Origin: Pelagomonas calceolata
Taxonomy: Eukaryota
DNA: 64,000 nucleotides
NCBI GenBank assembly: GCA_918797485.1
Contig: CAKKNE010000005.1
Span: 3,968,001-4,032,000, forward strand
Reading direction: 5' to 3'
Every line of letters starts with the position of its first letter. Within the stretch, counting starts at the first letter, position 1. Below are positions 34,391-46,000 of the stretch, piece after piece. The notes under the pieces are model-generated. The model saw only the letters and a list, made by a program, of their open reading frames with translations. It was not told the origin of the DNA and did no database searches. The position numbers and the translations under genes were made by a program.

Positions 34391-37087
34391 ATGGCCAGCG
34401 CCGCGACGGTCCCGAGCCCGCCGCGCCAGCGCGTCCTCACCTTCGCCGAGCGCCAGCACCTCAGCGACCAGCGGCGCGCCGCCGTCCTCGCGCAGCGCCA
34501 AGCGGAACGCGCGAAGCGAAGGGAAGCCCAGGCGTCGCGGAGGACGGCGAACAGCGCGTCGCCGGGCTACGACCCGACGGCGTATGCGGCGCGCCGGGCC
34601 GCGGCCATCGCGGACGCGAAGCGCGCGGAGGCCGTAAGAAGGAGATCTTCGGGGCGCTTCGCCGACGGCGACGGGCCGCCGGCCCCCGTGCCGCCGCGAG
34701 GTTATTTTCCGACGACGCCCGTGACGCCGAGCTTCCCGACGTCCCCTGTCCAGCAGGCGTCGCCCTCGCCGCCGCCGTGGGAGCGCGCCGCAACTCCGCA
34801 AGCGGCCTACTACTTCTCGCCGCCGCCCCCCGTTGATCAAGATACGCCGCCGCCCGCTGGGAGGCCTACACCCCCGTCGCGACCGACGCCGTCTCCCTCA
34901 TCTTACGACCCCCGAACCTACGAACGGGAGACGTCGCCGCCGCCGCCACCCCACGAGGAGGAGGACGATTCCAATGCCGATTTGTTGTTCCGACGGCTGA
35001 TTGATCGAGAAGACGATTCTGGTGGATGGAATAATGATGTCGAGAGTGCCCAAATACCGGCTCTGCCGCGACGGAAGGCGCCGCCGCCCCCGAAGCGACT
35101 GAAAGTAAAACCGCCTCCAACGACCCAGCAGAAGCGCATGAATCTGTCCGGGAGCCCGCCTCGTTCGAAGAGCGCGTCGGAGAAGGCCGAACGACAAAGG
35201 CGGATCGCCATCCGCAAGCGGCGAGAGGCCGAGGCGCAAGCAAAGGAGAAGGAACGACCCATCGAGGACGCGCGTGTCTTAGCGCGGCGCCGCGAAGAGG
35301 CCCTGGCCCAAGAATTGCGACGGGCCGCTGAACAGGAGCGTCTCGCGAGGCGCGTGCCGTCGCCGCCGCCCGGAAAACCGCCGGAGCATAGGAGGCCGCA
35401 GCGCCGCGTCGAAGCGAGGGTGCATCCTACCACGACGCCCTTATGTGTGCAACGGGAACGACAGCAGCGCCGCATGAACCAGGCCCAAGCGTCGGAGCCC
35501 GACACTAGAAGGAACCTAGATAAGCGGACCGCGCGACTGAGGAATGCGAGGCACTTCGCGGCGGCCATTCAACAACATAGGGAGCACTACTGCTGCCCGT
35601 CGCCTCATGATAAAGAAAACTCGGAGTCGGACTTCGGGGCCGGTGCGAGGGTCGTGGTCCGAGTCCGGCCCTTGCTGCCCCACGAAGCAGCCAGAGGAGA
35701 CTTCTGCGCCGCGTCCACGGACCTACCCCCGCCAAACGAAGAACAGAGAAAAAAGTCGCACTGCTGGGTGACGGTGCACGAGTGCACGATGCATGCGGAT
35801 ATGGTCCGATTGCTCCACCGCTGCGCGAGGTTCCCGGCAGCCGCGACCATTGCCGCAGAGTCGTCCGAGGACAACGCCTTCGAGCGGGGGTGTCTACCTG
35901 GCTTAAGAGCGGCACTAGATGGAAGGGCTGCGGCATTATTCATGTTCGGCCAAACCGGAAGTGGGAAAACGCACACGATGCACACGTTCGAGAGAAATGT
36001 TGCTGAGAGTATACAAGGTAGAAGTGTGCGCGTGAGGTACTTCGAGGTGAAGGGCAAGCACGCCTTCGACTTGCTGCGGGATGGTGATTCCTATGACGAT
36101 TGCGATGATAGTCCATTGAGGGACGCGCCGAAGCCCGTCACGCTGGCCGACGAAGTGCGAGGGACCACCGTAGATGCGGTGTGTGAAGATATTCGGAGTC
36201 CTCACGAATTACTGGCTTTGCTGCGGCGAGGGAGGCGTAGACGAGCGACCGCGGCCACGGACGTTAACGGAGGTTCGAGTCGCAGCCACGCCGTGTGTCG
36301 GTTGGATTTCGACGAGGAGGGCGGCTCCTTGACGCTCGTTGATTGTGCGGGTTCGGAGCGGTCCCAGGACTCCTTATATCACGACAAGCAAAGGATAAAA
36401 GAGTCGGTGGAGATCAACGAGAGTTTGTATGCCCTCAAAAGATGTATACGAGCGTCGCGCGCTGTGCGACGGTGGAAAGCGAGAGGCGGGTTCTCGAACC
36501 CGGACAATCCCACGCCCGCGCCGCCGCCGTTCCGGGGCTCGGCTTTGACTCGTGTTCTGCGGGAGGCCTTCGTGAGTGCGGACGCGTGTCTGTCCGTGGT
36601 GGCTACGGTGTCGCCAAGTGCCACAGATGCGGAGCACACGGTGTCAACATTAAGAACGGTCTGTGAACTGGCAGGCACCAGTCGTGCGGCAGAGGCGGCC
36701 TCCGACCCCAAGCCTCGGACGGTGCCCAAACTGAGGCACGGCGAAGTCTCAAGACCTGGGCCTCGAAGTCTACCGGTTTCGCGGCACCCTCCTTCATCGC
36801 AAACGTCGTCGGCCTTGCCGCCGTTCCCGAACAAGTGGTCAAGTTCTAGACTCGCGGCTTTTTTAGCGACGCGGTGCCATCTATCGCAAGCCGCGGATCG
36901 TGCTCTGAAGTTGGATCTGGACGGACGACGCATCTCGCGCATGAGCGAGCAGGCCGTCGGCGCGGCGCTGCTGCAGGATTCCGCCAATGCCAAGTTGATC
37001 GTCGACAAACTGCGCACCGAAGCCGAGAAGTGCGCCGTACTACATAAGCGCGCGCGGGAGCAGCGGAGGCGGGAATTACGTGGCTAA
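34391..37087 (+). CDS. Kinesin motor protein (internal motor, kinesin-13-like) with C-terminal SAM-like region
   Basis: VVVRVRP, FGQTGSGKT, SSRSHA, LVDCAGSE, PFRGSALTRVLR. Confidence 0.9.
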   Translation: MASAATVPSPPRQRVLTFAERQHLSDQRRAAVLAQRQAERAKRREAQASRRTANSASPGYDPTAYAARRAAAIADAKRAEAVRRRSSGRFADGDGPPAPVPPRGYFPTTPVTPSFPTSPVQQASPSPPPWERAATPQAAYYFSPPPPVDQDTPPPAGRPTPPSRPTPSPSSYDPRTYERETSPPPPPHEEEDDSNADLLFRRLIDREDDSGGWNNDVESAQIPALPRRKAPPPPKRLKVKPPPTTQQKRMNLSGSPPRSKSASEKAERQRRIAIRKRREAEAQAKEKERPIEDARVLARRREEALAQELRRAAEQERLARRVPSPPPGKPPEHRRPQRRVEARVHPTTTPLCVQRERQQRRMNQAQASEPDTRRNLDKRTARLRNARHFAAAIQQHREHYCCPSPHDKENSESDFGAGARVVVRVRPLLPHEAARGDFCAASTDLPPPNEEQRKKSHCWVTVHECTMHADMVRLLHRCARFPAAATIAAESSEDNAFERGCLPGLRAALDGRAAALFMFGQTGSGKTHTMHTFERNVAESIQGRSVRVRYFEVKGKHAFDLLRDGDSYDDCDDSPLRDAPKPVTLADEVRGTTVDAVCEDIRSPHELLALLRRGRRRRATAATDVNGGSSRSHAVCRLDFDEEGGSLTLVDCAGSERSQDSLYHDKQRIKESVEINESLYALKRCIRASRAVRRWKARGGFSNPDNPTPAPPPFRGSALTRVLREAFVSADACLSVVATVSPSATDAEHTVSTLRTVCELAGTSRAAEAASDPKPRTVPKLRHGEVSRPGPRSLPVSRHPPSSQTSSALPPFPNKWSSSRLAAFLATRCHLSQAADRALKLDLDGRRISRMSEQAVGAALLQDSANAKLIVDKLRTEAEKCAVLHKRAREQRRRELRG

Positions 37088-37090
37088 ATT

Positions 37091-38119
37091 CTATTTATGC
37101 GACCTTTTGGGGGGATTCTTGCGGGACTTCTTGGGGGCTTCTCGCCGGTAGTAGAACTCGTGCGCCACGACCCCCCCCGGCTTCTCGACCTCCGCCGTGC
37201 ACTTGAGGAACTTGCCCAGCAGCTGCCAGGTCTGGACGATGCGCGCGCCCTTCGGGAGATTGGACGGCCTATCGGACGAGACGCGAATGCGCCCGTAGTC
37301 GTCCGACGTGCATGTAAATGGTGTTCTGGTCCCCCCAATGGTCGGGATATCACGAGTGCGCCCATCGACGATAAACACCTGCTTGTGCCTTCCGGTCACC
37401 GTGTCAAAGACCAGAGTTAAATCGTCGCCCTCATGCATAATGACCAGACCCTTCTTGCTGAAGAGTGTCCCGCGGAACAAGCCGTGCAAGGATGGTGGGA
37501 CGCCCACGGCTCTCAAATAGCGATCCAGGCCTCTACCAACATCTGTCAATTGTTTATTTCCATCTTTTGTGGACAGTAGCCAGACCCCCGAGATATTACT
37601 GGAGTCACCCTTGGCCTCGTCTGACGAGGACTCGCCTAACCTTTTGGCTCGGGCATGGTTCCGGTCCTCGTGGGCCATCAACACCATCTGCTCGACGAAG
37701 AACCGATACTCCGCGACATTTAGTATTGCTGGTAAAAACTCATCATCTAAGACACCAGAAGAACAAGCTCGTTGCACCATCGTGAACACGGCCGCGGGAT
37801 CCAACCCGTGGCACTGGCAGAAGGTCTCGAGCATGCTTTCTACTTTTTTGACATAGGTACTGTGGGCCTCGGTCCACTCCAATCGATGCTCGCCGTCGGG
37901 GTCCGCCTCCTCGAAGTCGTCACATCCACTATCAAAGAACGTGTCTAGTTCTTTGCGGAATTTTTGGGACACGACGTGGTGGCAGAACGCCTTCACCACC
38001 GGGTTTAACAAAGCGTCACCGTCGTCGTCGTCATCTTCTTTGCCACCTCCACCACTCAACCTCTTATTCGAGGCCCAGGCGGCCTTCTCATCTCCATCAT
38101 CATCGTCGTGCTTGCCCAT
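37091..38119 (-). CDS. BART-domain protein with C-terminal lipocalin/FABP-like domain
   Basis: EHRLEWTEAH..Y...VESMLE.F (BART); ISGVWLL...LDRYLRAVGV followed by beta-strand pattern. Confidence 0.6.
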   Translation of the reverse strand: MGKHDDDDGDEKAAWASNKRLSGGGGKEDDDDDGDALLNPVVKAFCHHVVSQKFRKELDTFFDSGCDDFEEADPDGEHRLEWTEAHSTYVKKVESMLETFCQCHGLDPAAVFTMVQRACSSGVLDDEFLPAILNVAEYRFFVEQMVLMAHEDRNHARAKRLGESSSDEAKGDSSNISGVWLLSTKDGNKQLTDVGRGLDRYLRAVGVPPSLHGLFRGTLFSKKGLVIMHEGDDLTLVFDTVTGRHKQVFIVDGRTRDIPTIGGTRTPFTCTSDDYGRIRVSSDRPSNLPKGARIVQTWQLLGKFLKCTAEVEKPGGVVAHEFYYRREAPKKSRKNPPKRSHK

Positions 38120-38499
38120 TGTTTGGGGCAGCCTCTCCCGCTTGCTGTGCGTGTAGCGCCTGGTAGAGGCTGGGTTGTGTTGGGCAGCTTGTGCGCCTCA
38201 GGCGATACGGATCGGTGCTCGCCGCCTGCCAAGGACGTCGATGAGCTCCCACTGGCTCCCAAGCGTGCGATCGCTTCGGTATCAGACCGTCCGCGAGCGT
38301 GCGACGCGATTGCGAGACGCTGTGCCGCCCACTAGGATGTCATGGTTCCTACTAGAGCCGCCAGCGCGACGGCGCCTCCGACGAGGTATACTCGCGCACA
38401 CGTAAGGGACGCCCCATGGAAATAGCAATAGACCGCCGGCGTCTCCGCGCGCACTCCGCTGTGGCGCGCGAAACGTGCGGCGCCCAACCCCTAGTAACA

Positions 38500-39482
38500 C
38501 TACCGCCGCGCCTTACCCACCTCGAGCGGCACGAATTTCGGGGGCCGCCCTGTGGCCTCGCCGCGGTAGGGCTGGAGTCTTCCCGTGATTGTGGAGACGG
38601 GCCGGCCGCGCGCCGCGTGGTCGCGCATGTGCGCATACACGTCGACGCCGGCGAGCAGGTCGCGGTCCTTGAACCGCGACCCTTCCGGCGCCTTGAAGGC
38701 GTCGCCGACTAAGGACTCCTCCCAGGGCGTCAGCGGCGCGGGCGCCGGCGCGGCCGAGCCGCCCAGGTCGTCGACGACGGAGGCCGTGATGTCTGCGGCC
38801 GCCTTCCGCGCCGCGGTGCCCGGGCGCGGTTCGCGCGGGGCCGCCTCCGGCACGGCGTCGACGCTGGGTACGGCGGGCTCCGCCTCGACCGGCGGCCGCT
38901 TCACCTTGAATTTGACACCGCACCACTCGAACGTGTCGGACGGCGGCCGCGCCGGCCGCCCGCGCCGCATCTCCGCGCCCGTCTTGCATTTGGACCGGTC
39001 GACCTTTGTCTGATGCCTCCCGGAACCCATGGTCTTCGGGAGCAGGCCGCGCCGGCACGCCAGGGGAGTGGACCCGTCGACGCCGCTCCGCGAAATGGCG
39101 AGGTGCTTCTTGAACTCGACGTGCTTCATTTTTGCGAAGTCCTTGGCGGTCATGGGCTTCTGGTCGACGCGCTCGGGCGGAGGCACGTCCTTGAAGTAGT
39201 TTCTGGGCGCCTGCGCGGGGTGACGCCGTCACGGAATTGCTCCACAGCACGCCATCGCCGCGCGCGTCCGGGACGCTGGGCGCGCACGCTCGACCGCCCG
39301 AAGTCGGCGCCGCCCCGCGTCGCATGGGGCTTGCGAAAGCGCTTCGAGAAGTCGTACGTTGGTGGTGGTTCGACGGGCGGGACCGGCGGCGCCGGGTAGC
39401 GCTGCTCCCGTCGTTCCCTGCGCTGCGCCGCCCGCGGGTCGACGAGGAGGTTCGCGCCCTTGACGGGGGACCACTGCGTCAT
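38500..39482 (-). CDS. Hypothetical basic protein (intron 39287-39211)
   Basis: GT-AG intron joins FGRSS|APRNYFKD in frame; GC3-rich. Confidence 0.6.
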
Positions 39483-40089
39483 CGTGCGTGCGTGCTTGTG
39501 GCGGTGCTTGCGGAGGCTGCCCCTGCGGTGCTACACTCTCGGTAGCTATGGGCTGCCCGCCCGCGTGTGTGCCGTGCTACGCGCTCGGTAGCGCTTTGAG
39601 GGCCTCGCGATGCTTGCGGAGGCTGTCTTTTGCGGTACTTACGCGCTTGCTACGAGCTTGTGACCGCTTGTTTTGCAAGAGAGCAGCAGGGCGCTGGGCT
39701 GCGCGTCGGGCTGCGCCGCGGCCGCGAACGCCCGACGCCACTCATCGACGGGTACGGGGTCATGCGTGCCTGCAGTCCAGACTGGTAGTAGTTTTGACTT
39801 TCGGTGCGGGTATTATTTTTGCTCGCTTGTGGCAAAAAGCGCGCGCGGGAGGCCTAGCACTGCCTCACCGGTGTGGCAAGTAGCCTCCATCGGTCTCTGA
39901 CCCAGCCAGCTCAACAGCGCGCAACGGGTCACGGCTGCCATAGCGCCAGCGGCGAGTTTAGCTTTTGCTTGAAAAAAGGGCCATCTCGCGCGCCGGCGCC
40001 CGCGCCGTCAGCGCACCCGCACCGTGGACCCGCAACAGCGAGCGAAAAACCGCGAAAGCGCGCAAAGAAGGCACCGACGCGCCAACGCG

Positions 40090-43017
40090 ATGCCGGCCGC
40101 GCAAGAGCCGAAAGGCGCCGCCGCCGACAAAAAGCCGTCCCAGCGGCGACGGCGCGGCGGCAAGAAGCACCCCAAGCCCGACGGCGACCAACGGAGGAGG
40201 GAGAAGCAGGAGGCTCCTACCGAAGAAGCTCCGCAAGAACCGGTCCAGAGGTCTCGAGGGAGAAGGAATCGCAATCCACAGAAGGAACCGGAGGCCAAAA
40301 AATTGGAAGAGGATTCTGACGTCCTATTAGCTTTTGGGGCATTACTGAAGACGAACGACCCCGCCGCTGCGGCGGCGCACGCGGCGTACGAGCGGCACGA
40401 GGACCAAGCTAGATTTATTGAGGACGCTCGTCGGTTATTGGCCATGTCGCCTTCCGAGCGCAAGGCCATGGTCCAGCGCGCGCCGCCCGGCATGGCGATG
40501 CCGCCACCGCCTCCTGGTATTGGGCGGAGCCCGCCCGGTTCGCCGCGACGCGTCGGCGCGCCGGCCGCGCCGCACCCTGGAAGCCCCAGAAGGAACGGGC
40601 CCCCGCCGGGCTTAGTACCGTCCGTAGACCACCTCCCACCTGGGCTAGCGGCGTTAGCTTTGGAAGTAGCAGCCGAAGGCAACCCGCCGCCCGGCATTAG
40701 TAGGTCCCCGCCAAAACCAACAGATGATGACGACGTCGCCGCGGCTTTATCAGCATTGATCAGCGGCAACACACCGGAAGAACCGCCCCCAAAGCCCAAA
40801 AAAAAGTGGGAGCCTCCCCGAGTCCATGTGAGGCGGGGCGGCAGGGTCTCGTTTACCGCTCCTGATGGGCAGAAGGGGCCCCTGCGGCCTCGAGCGAGGT
40901 TAGACGTCAGTTGGGAGCTGCGCGTCGACGAGGATGTGGAAGTAGGCTCGAGGAGGGACGTCTCCGTCGGTCTGTTCCGCGTCGGCGCGCCGACCAATGA
41001 CGCCGCGATAGTGGCCAAGCAGGGCAAGGGCACGGTCGAAGAAACGGGTCTGGCGCGGGGCGCCGTCGCCTTCTTCGCGCCGCGAGCCGCTGGTGCATTT
41101 GTTTTTAGATTACTCGATCCAGAACCCCCAGGTCAACAGCAAAAGCCCAAGTCAGAGCGGCCCAAAGCGTCTTCCAACGTCTACGCGACGTCTGATAAGT
41201 TGGACGTTGTGGTACGGACCCATGATGACTTACTAGATAGTCTGAAGGCGTCGCTGCAGCAGCTGGAAGAACCTGGGAGAAGTAGGTTGGGCGCCTTGCA
41301 ACAACTCGCGGTGGTCGCCGAGACCCTACCGGCGTCACTAGCACCGAAGCGACTCACGCACGTGGGCGGCCGAAGCGGGAGTAGTGCGGAGAAAAAATGT
41401 CGAGAGAAATTGCGAGCGTGCCTCGCCAGATGTTTAGATGAGCTCGCGAAGAACGTTCCCGGTCCTTTGACATTAGCGACGCGTCGCCGAGCCGACGAGC
41501 TGCCTTTTGACGTCGACGAGACGGAGGAGGACGCTTTGACTAGAGAACGGGCCTGGTCCGTGCTGAGCGAGGAGGACGAGGTGGCTGCGAGGGATGCTTT
41601 TGAACAGCAGCGCGTCGCGAAGATCAAGAAGCAGCGCAATGATGATAGACGAGCTAGGGATGTGCACGCCGCGTGTCGGAGGCTGTGTGCGGCCTTCAAC
41701 GGGAATTCAGCCTCTAGACAATGGTTAGAATCCGCAGCTCCGGAGCAGGCTCGACGCCTAGACGACGTTTCGACGCGATGGGACGCGCTGCTCGAGGAGT
41801 TCTGGCCCGGCGGGGCCGACGGCGTGGCGGCTCTCAGGAGACACTACGATCGAGCCGATTCCTTTTTTAGGCCGACGCACCAGCCGTCGGCGCAGCAGCA
41901 CGGCTTCGCCTGGCGGGCTCTGGATGACGCTTGTGCGCGCGTGTTGCCCCAGTTGTTCCCTTCCGAAAACTTTTTTAAGCGAAGGGAGGAAGTTAGAAGA
42001 AGGGTCGAGGCTTGTCTCAACAACGCTGACGTGTTGGGCAACGGTCGACGACTCGTGCTGCGAGTCTTTGGAAGCTCCGCGAACTTGTTCGGGGCCGAGG
42101 GCGCGGACCTGGACATGTGCGTCGTGCCCGCTGCTAGTGAAGAGGACACGGAACTCAGTTCGCCGGAGGTCTGTCGGCGCGTCGGCGAAGCTCTGGAAAG
42201 TGCGGGGGCCAAGAACGTGCAGGTGCGCGACACGGCGCGAGTACCTATTGTACTATTTGCGGACCCCCAAACTGGACTAGACTGCGACGTGTCGACGCAC
42301 AACCCGCTGGCGTTGCGGAACACGGAATTGCTCCGGGCGTACGCGAAGATCGACGGAAGGGTCAGAGGCATGGCCTACGTCATCAAGAAGTGGGCGAAGA
42401 TCCGCGGGATTAATTCCCCGTCAGATGGTACCCTGTCCAGTTACGGCTACATCCTTTGTGTATTGGCCTTCCTGCAGACCGTCCCGAACCCGCCGATACT
42501 ACCCTCCTTACAGAGATTGGACCTGGACTGGCCGAACCCGAAGAATCCCGACCGACCGCCGCCCGAACGCGTGCCGCACCCCTTCGACGCGTCAAGGGAC
42601 GTCTGTTTGTCGTTTCACGACCCAGATAAAACAGGTTCATTGGCGGACCTCCGGGAAATTGCTGGAAGAAACCGCCAGTCGCTTGGGGAGTTGCTCGCGC
42701 TATTTTTTAGACATTATGCGTGGGATGTTGATTATCGCAACCTCGTGGTCGCGCCGCGGACGGCCTGCGTGCTGCCCAAGGCCAACAAGGCCGAGCTCGA
42801 CTGCTGGCCGCAGAACCCCCATTTAGCGATCGAGGACCCCTTCGAGACGCACTACGACGTCGCCCACGTCCTGAAGTACCCGAAGCACCAGCTCGTGCGC
42901 AAGGAGTTCATGCGGGCCTCGAAGCTTATTGATGATGCCGCGGCGCAGCGCGTCGACCCGGACTTGGTGCTGGACTACATCTGCGAGCCGCTGCCCGTGC
43001 CCGACCAGGTTATGTGA
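40090..43017 (+). CDS. Cid1/TUTase-family non-canonical nucleotidyltransferase
   Basis: VFGSS...DLDMC, ARVPIV, DCDVS, LSSYGY, PAP-associated LAIEDPF. Confidence 0.9.
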   Translation: MPAAQEPKGAAADKKPSQRRRRGGKKHPKPDGDQRRREKQEAPTEEAPQEPVQRSRGRRNRNPQKEPEAKKLEEDSDVLLAFGALLKTNDPAAAAAHAAYERHEDQARFIEDARRLLAMSPSERKAMVQRAPPGMAMPPPPPGIGRSPPGSPRRVGAPAAPHPGSPRRNGPPPGLVPSVDHLPPGLAALALEVAAEGNPPPGISRSPPKPTDDDDVAAALSALISGNTPEEPPPKPKKKWEPPRVHVRRGGRVSFTAPDGQKGPLRPRARLDVSWELRVDEDVEVGSRRDVSVGLFRVGAPTNDAAIVAKQGKGTVEETGLARGAVAFFAPRAAGAFVFRLLDPEPPGQQQKPKSERPKASSNVYATSDKLDVVVRTHDDLLDSLKASLQQLEEPGRSRLGALQQLAVVAETLPASLAPKRLTHVGGRSGSSAEKKCREKLRACLARCLDELAKNVPGPLTLATRRRADELPFDVDETEEDALTRERAWSVLSEEDEVAARDAFEQQRVAKIKKQRNDDRRARDVHAACRRLCAAFNGNSASRQWLESAAPEQARRLDDVSTRWDALLEEFWPGGADGVAALRRHYDRADSFFRPTHQPSAQQHGFAWRALDDACARVLPQLFPSENFFKRREEVRRRVEACLNNADVLGNGRRLVLRVFGSSANLFGAEGADLDMCVVPAASEEDTELSSPEVCRRVGEALESAGAKNVQVRDTARVPIVLFADPQTGLDCDVSTHNPLALRNTELLRAYAKIDGRVRGMAYVIKKWAKIRGINSPSDGTLSSYGYILCVLAFLQTVPNPPILPSLQRLDLDWPNPKNPDRPPPERVPHPFDASRDVCLSFHDPDKTGSLADLREIAGRNRQSLGELLALFFRHYAWDVDYRNLVVAPRTACVLPKANKAELDCWPQNPHLAIEDPFETHYDVAHVLKYPKHQLVRKEFMRASKLIDDAAAQRVDPDLVLDYICEPLPVPDQVM

Positions 43018-43076
43018 GCGCGCGCATCCCAAAGTTGTGCGCTTTTTGGTTGGGGCTTTTTTAACTATCATGATAT

Positions 43077-46000
43077 TTAGAGGCCGCCACAGCCAATCGT
43101 ACCGCAGGCGATGTCGTCCGAGACCGCGATGTCGTCCTCGCCGAGCACGGTCGCGGTCCCGTTGACGCGCTCGAGGAACGCGGCCGCGGCGTCGTCGTGG
43201 CGCCTGAGCCACGCGTTCACCGCCTCGAGCCGCGCCTCGACGTCCGTCGCGTCGTCGATGGGCGGCCCCGGCAGGGCGTCCCGGTACACCGGGTGGTCTC
43301 TGGGCGGCAGGACCTCGGGCGCTTCGAAGAAGCGGTCGCGGTCGGCGAGATGAACCAGGGCGTCGCGCACGACGTCTCCGTCCCTCAGCGCGTCGACGGC
43401 GTTTCCGTCCCTCAGCGGCATCCTGCCCCGCGCCAAGCCGTGGAGATTCCGCGTAGCGTGCCGGCGGCGACACCTGTCCTGGTAGCGCTTCCACATGAGC
43501 AGGATGGGGATGCCGCCGATGACCGGCCAGAACCCTTTATTGGTGAAGTTAAACCACAATACGACAAGCTGGATGACCAGCGCGATAAACAGCGCGGTGT
43601 GGGTCTGGGCGACGCCGTCGAACCAGAGCGCGCCGCGCGTATCGAAGGGCATGGTCTCGAGGCAACACAGAGCATGCTTTCCGGCCTCGTACGCGGCCAC
43701 GAAGTAGAGGTAGCAGACGGCGCACGTGAACGGCGAGATGCAGGCGAAAGTCGCGCCCACCAGCAGCGCGAACGCCTCCCAACCGGCCGGCGCTCCGAGG
43801 TCAGCGTCCTCCGGCTCGAGCGATTCCGCCAAGCTCGCATCCGACGCGACCTTGGCCCGCTTCAGGAGCTCGTACTTGATGTATGGGACTACCCTGAGCG
43901 CGTCGGCCGCCATGTCGCCGAGCTGCATGAGGAAAATGGCGGCGAACGGCCACGCGTGGCGGGGCACCGCGCGGGCCATAAGCCGGAACGCGACGCTCGG
44001 GTTGAAGCTCGCAGCGTCGACGTCGGCGTCCTCGTCTTCATCCTCGGCGGCGTCGCACTCCCCCTCGCAGGACCAGGCCTCGTTCGAGATGTCGGCCCAG
44101 GTGACGGACAGCAGGTACGCGCCGAACGCGACGATCCAGAAGAAGATGGAATAGTCCCGCGCGACGCTCGCCTGCAGCGACGACTCGCTCCACAAACTGT
44201 TGAACATGCGGTTTGTGTTGTACAAGATGACCGCCACGTAGTCGAAGAGCCAGCCCTGAAAGAACGCCGGCACGAAGCCGGCGAGCAGGTCCCAGAGCAG
44301 CGCGGTGTCCGAGGGCCCACCGGCGTCGTCCTTGGCGTATTCCTTGCAGAGCGCCTCCCAGTTCACGGCAAACACCGCGACGATCGCCGAGTAGCCGAAC
44401 CAGACGCAAAGCTTGATGAGCCGCCCCGCGTTCATCCGGTCCGACTTCTCGCCGCGCTCCTGGTCGAGCGTCTCGAGCTCGCCCCAATCTATATCTCTCG
44501 GTTCCGGCAGCGGCGTCACCTCCATCGGCACGGGCTTGCTCTTGCGGCACCCGCAGCCCTGCAACCCCGTTAAGTAGTATCCCGCCGTCTCCAGCGTCAC
44601 GATCAAGCGGCTGCGCTTTTCCTGTTTCCGATACGGCTTGTCCTCGCGGTACGTCGGCTTCGAGACCTCCGTCGCCGCGTCCGGCGCCCCGAGGGGGCAG
44701 GTCGCGGCGGCCTCGGCGCTCTCGAGGCTCGAGAAGATGACGATCGCCGACCCGCCGTCCGGAGACGCCTCGGCCGCGTGGTCAGCGACAGCTTTCCTCG
44801 CCTCCTCGCAGCGGCGCCGCGCGTCCGCGGGCGACGCCGCCTGGTTCTGGATCTTGCGCCCGACGAACGAGCAGCAGCAGATGCACCCGTCGATGCACTT
44901 GGCGCAGCCCCGCTGGAACCGCTGCCGTTCCTTGCCCTCCCAGCGCTCGTGCAGCGCCTGCCGCCAATCGGCCCGCTCGACCTCCTTGAGGGCCTCGCGG
45001 AACGCCTGGACGCGGCCGCGCGCGCCGCCGTCGCCGCCGAAGAGGCCCTTGAGCGCGCGCGCGGCCTTGTCCTTCAGGGACTCGCGGCGCGCCTCGGCCT
45101 CCGCGACGGCCGCCGGCGCCGCGCCGGCGGCCTTGAGCTGCTCGACGTGCGCGGCGGCCGCGTCGGCGGCCTCCACCGCGTCGCGGGCGGCCGCTTCGGG
45201 CGCGGCGTCTCCCTCCGGCGGCGGCGGCGCGCCGCCCGCGAGGGCCTCCACCATGCGCGTGGCCGCGCTCAGGTGGCGGCACGGCACGACGCGCACGACG
45301 GCGCCGGGCCTCTCGAAGACGCCCTCGAAGAACGCCTCGAGCTCGGCCGGCTCCCGCAGATGCTCGGGCAGGCCCGTCGTCGCGACGGCGTAGTGGTGCG
45401 GCGGCGCGTCCTCCGCCGCGGCGCGGATGGTCTCGGTGGCCTCCTCGTCGTGCGCGTCGACGATTCTGTACGCCGCCCAGTGGCCGAGGTACAGCGCCAG
45501 AATCGCGAGCCAGAGCTGCCACGTCGCCGTGTTGCCCTCGCGGCATAAGACATTCTCGAGCGAGATGCGGTCGAACCCCGGCGACCGGGCCCGGCCCCAG
45601 CCCGCGCGCTTGACCGTGACCAGGCAGATGGGCTCGCATTCTTTGCCCGAGAGTTTCAGTTCCTGGCATTTATTATGGATAGAATCGAAATGACAAGCCG
45701 TAGCGGTCCAATCTGAAGCACACTGTGGAATCATAGTACTTTGATAATCGAACATCATACTCCAGTCGTTTGCATCATACTTTATACCCAGCATGTCGCA
45801 ACATGGCTCATAAGTGTCCCCATTTGGCTTCCCGGTCGTAATCGATCTTTGTCGACACTTCTGTTCCTCGCAGTTTGCCTCTATTAGCTCCTCATTCTCC
45901 ACCCACGCATTCGCACTACCACGCTCATTCCAACCGCAGCACGGGTTCTCGCCCGAGCAGGGCTCTTGCTCGACCCACGTCCGTTCGGGGAACCACCCGC

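Noticed and set aside
38332..38355. CTAG-N16-CTAG upstream of the BART gene
   Set aside because: Spacing and core differ from the consensus, so it was not counted as a copy
43197..44573. Long antisense or alternative-frame ORFs (also 13579-14574, 40008-41033 and others)
   Set aside because: Expected shadows of GC3-rich genes; no recognisable motifs
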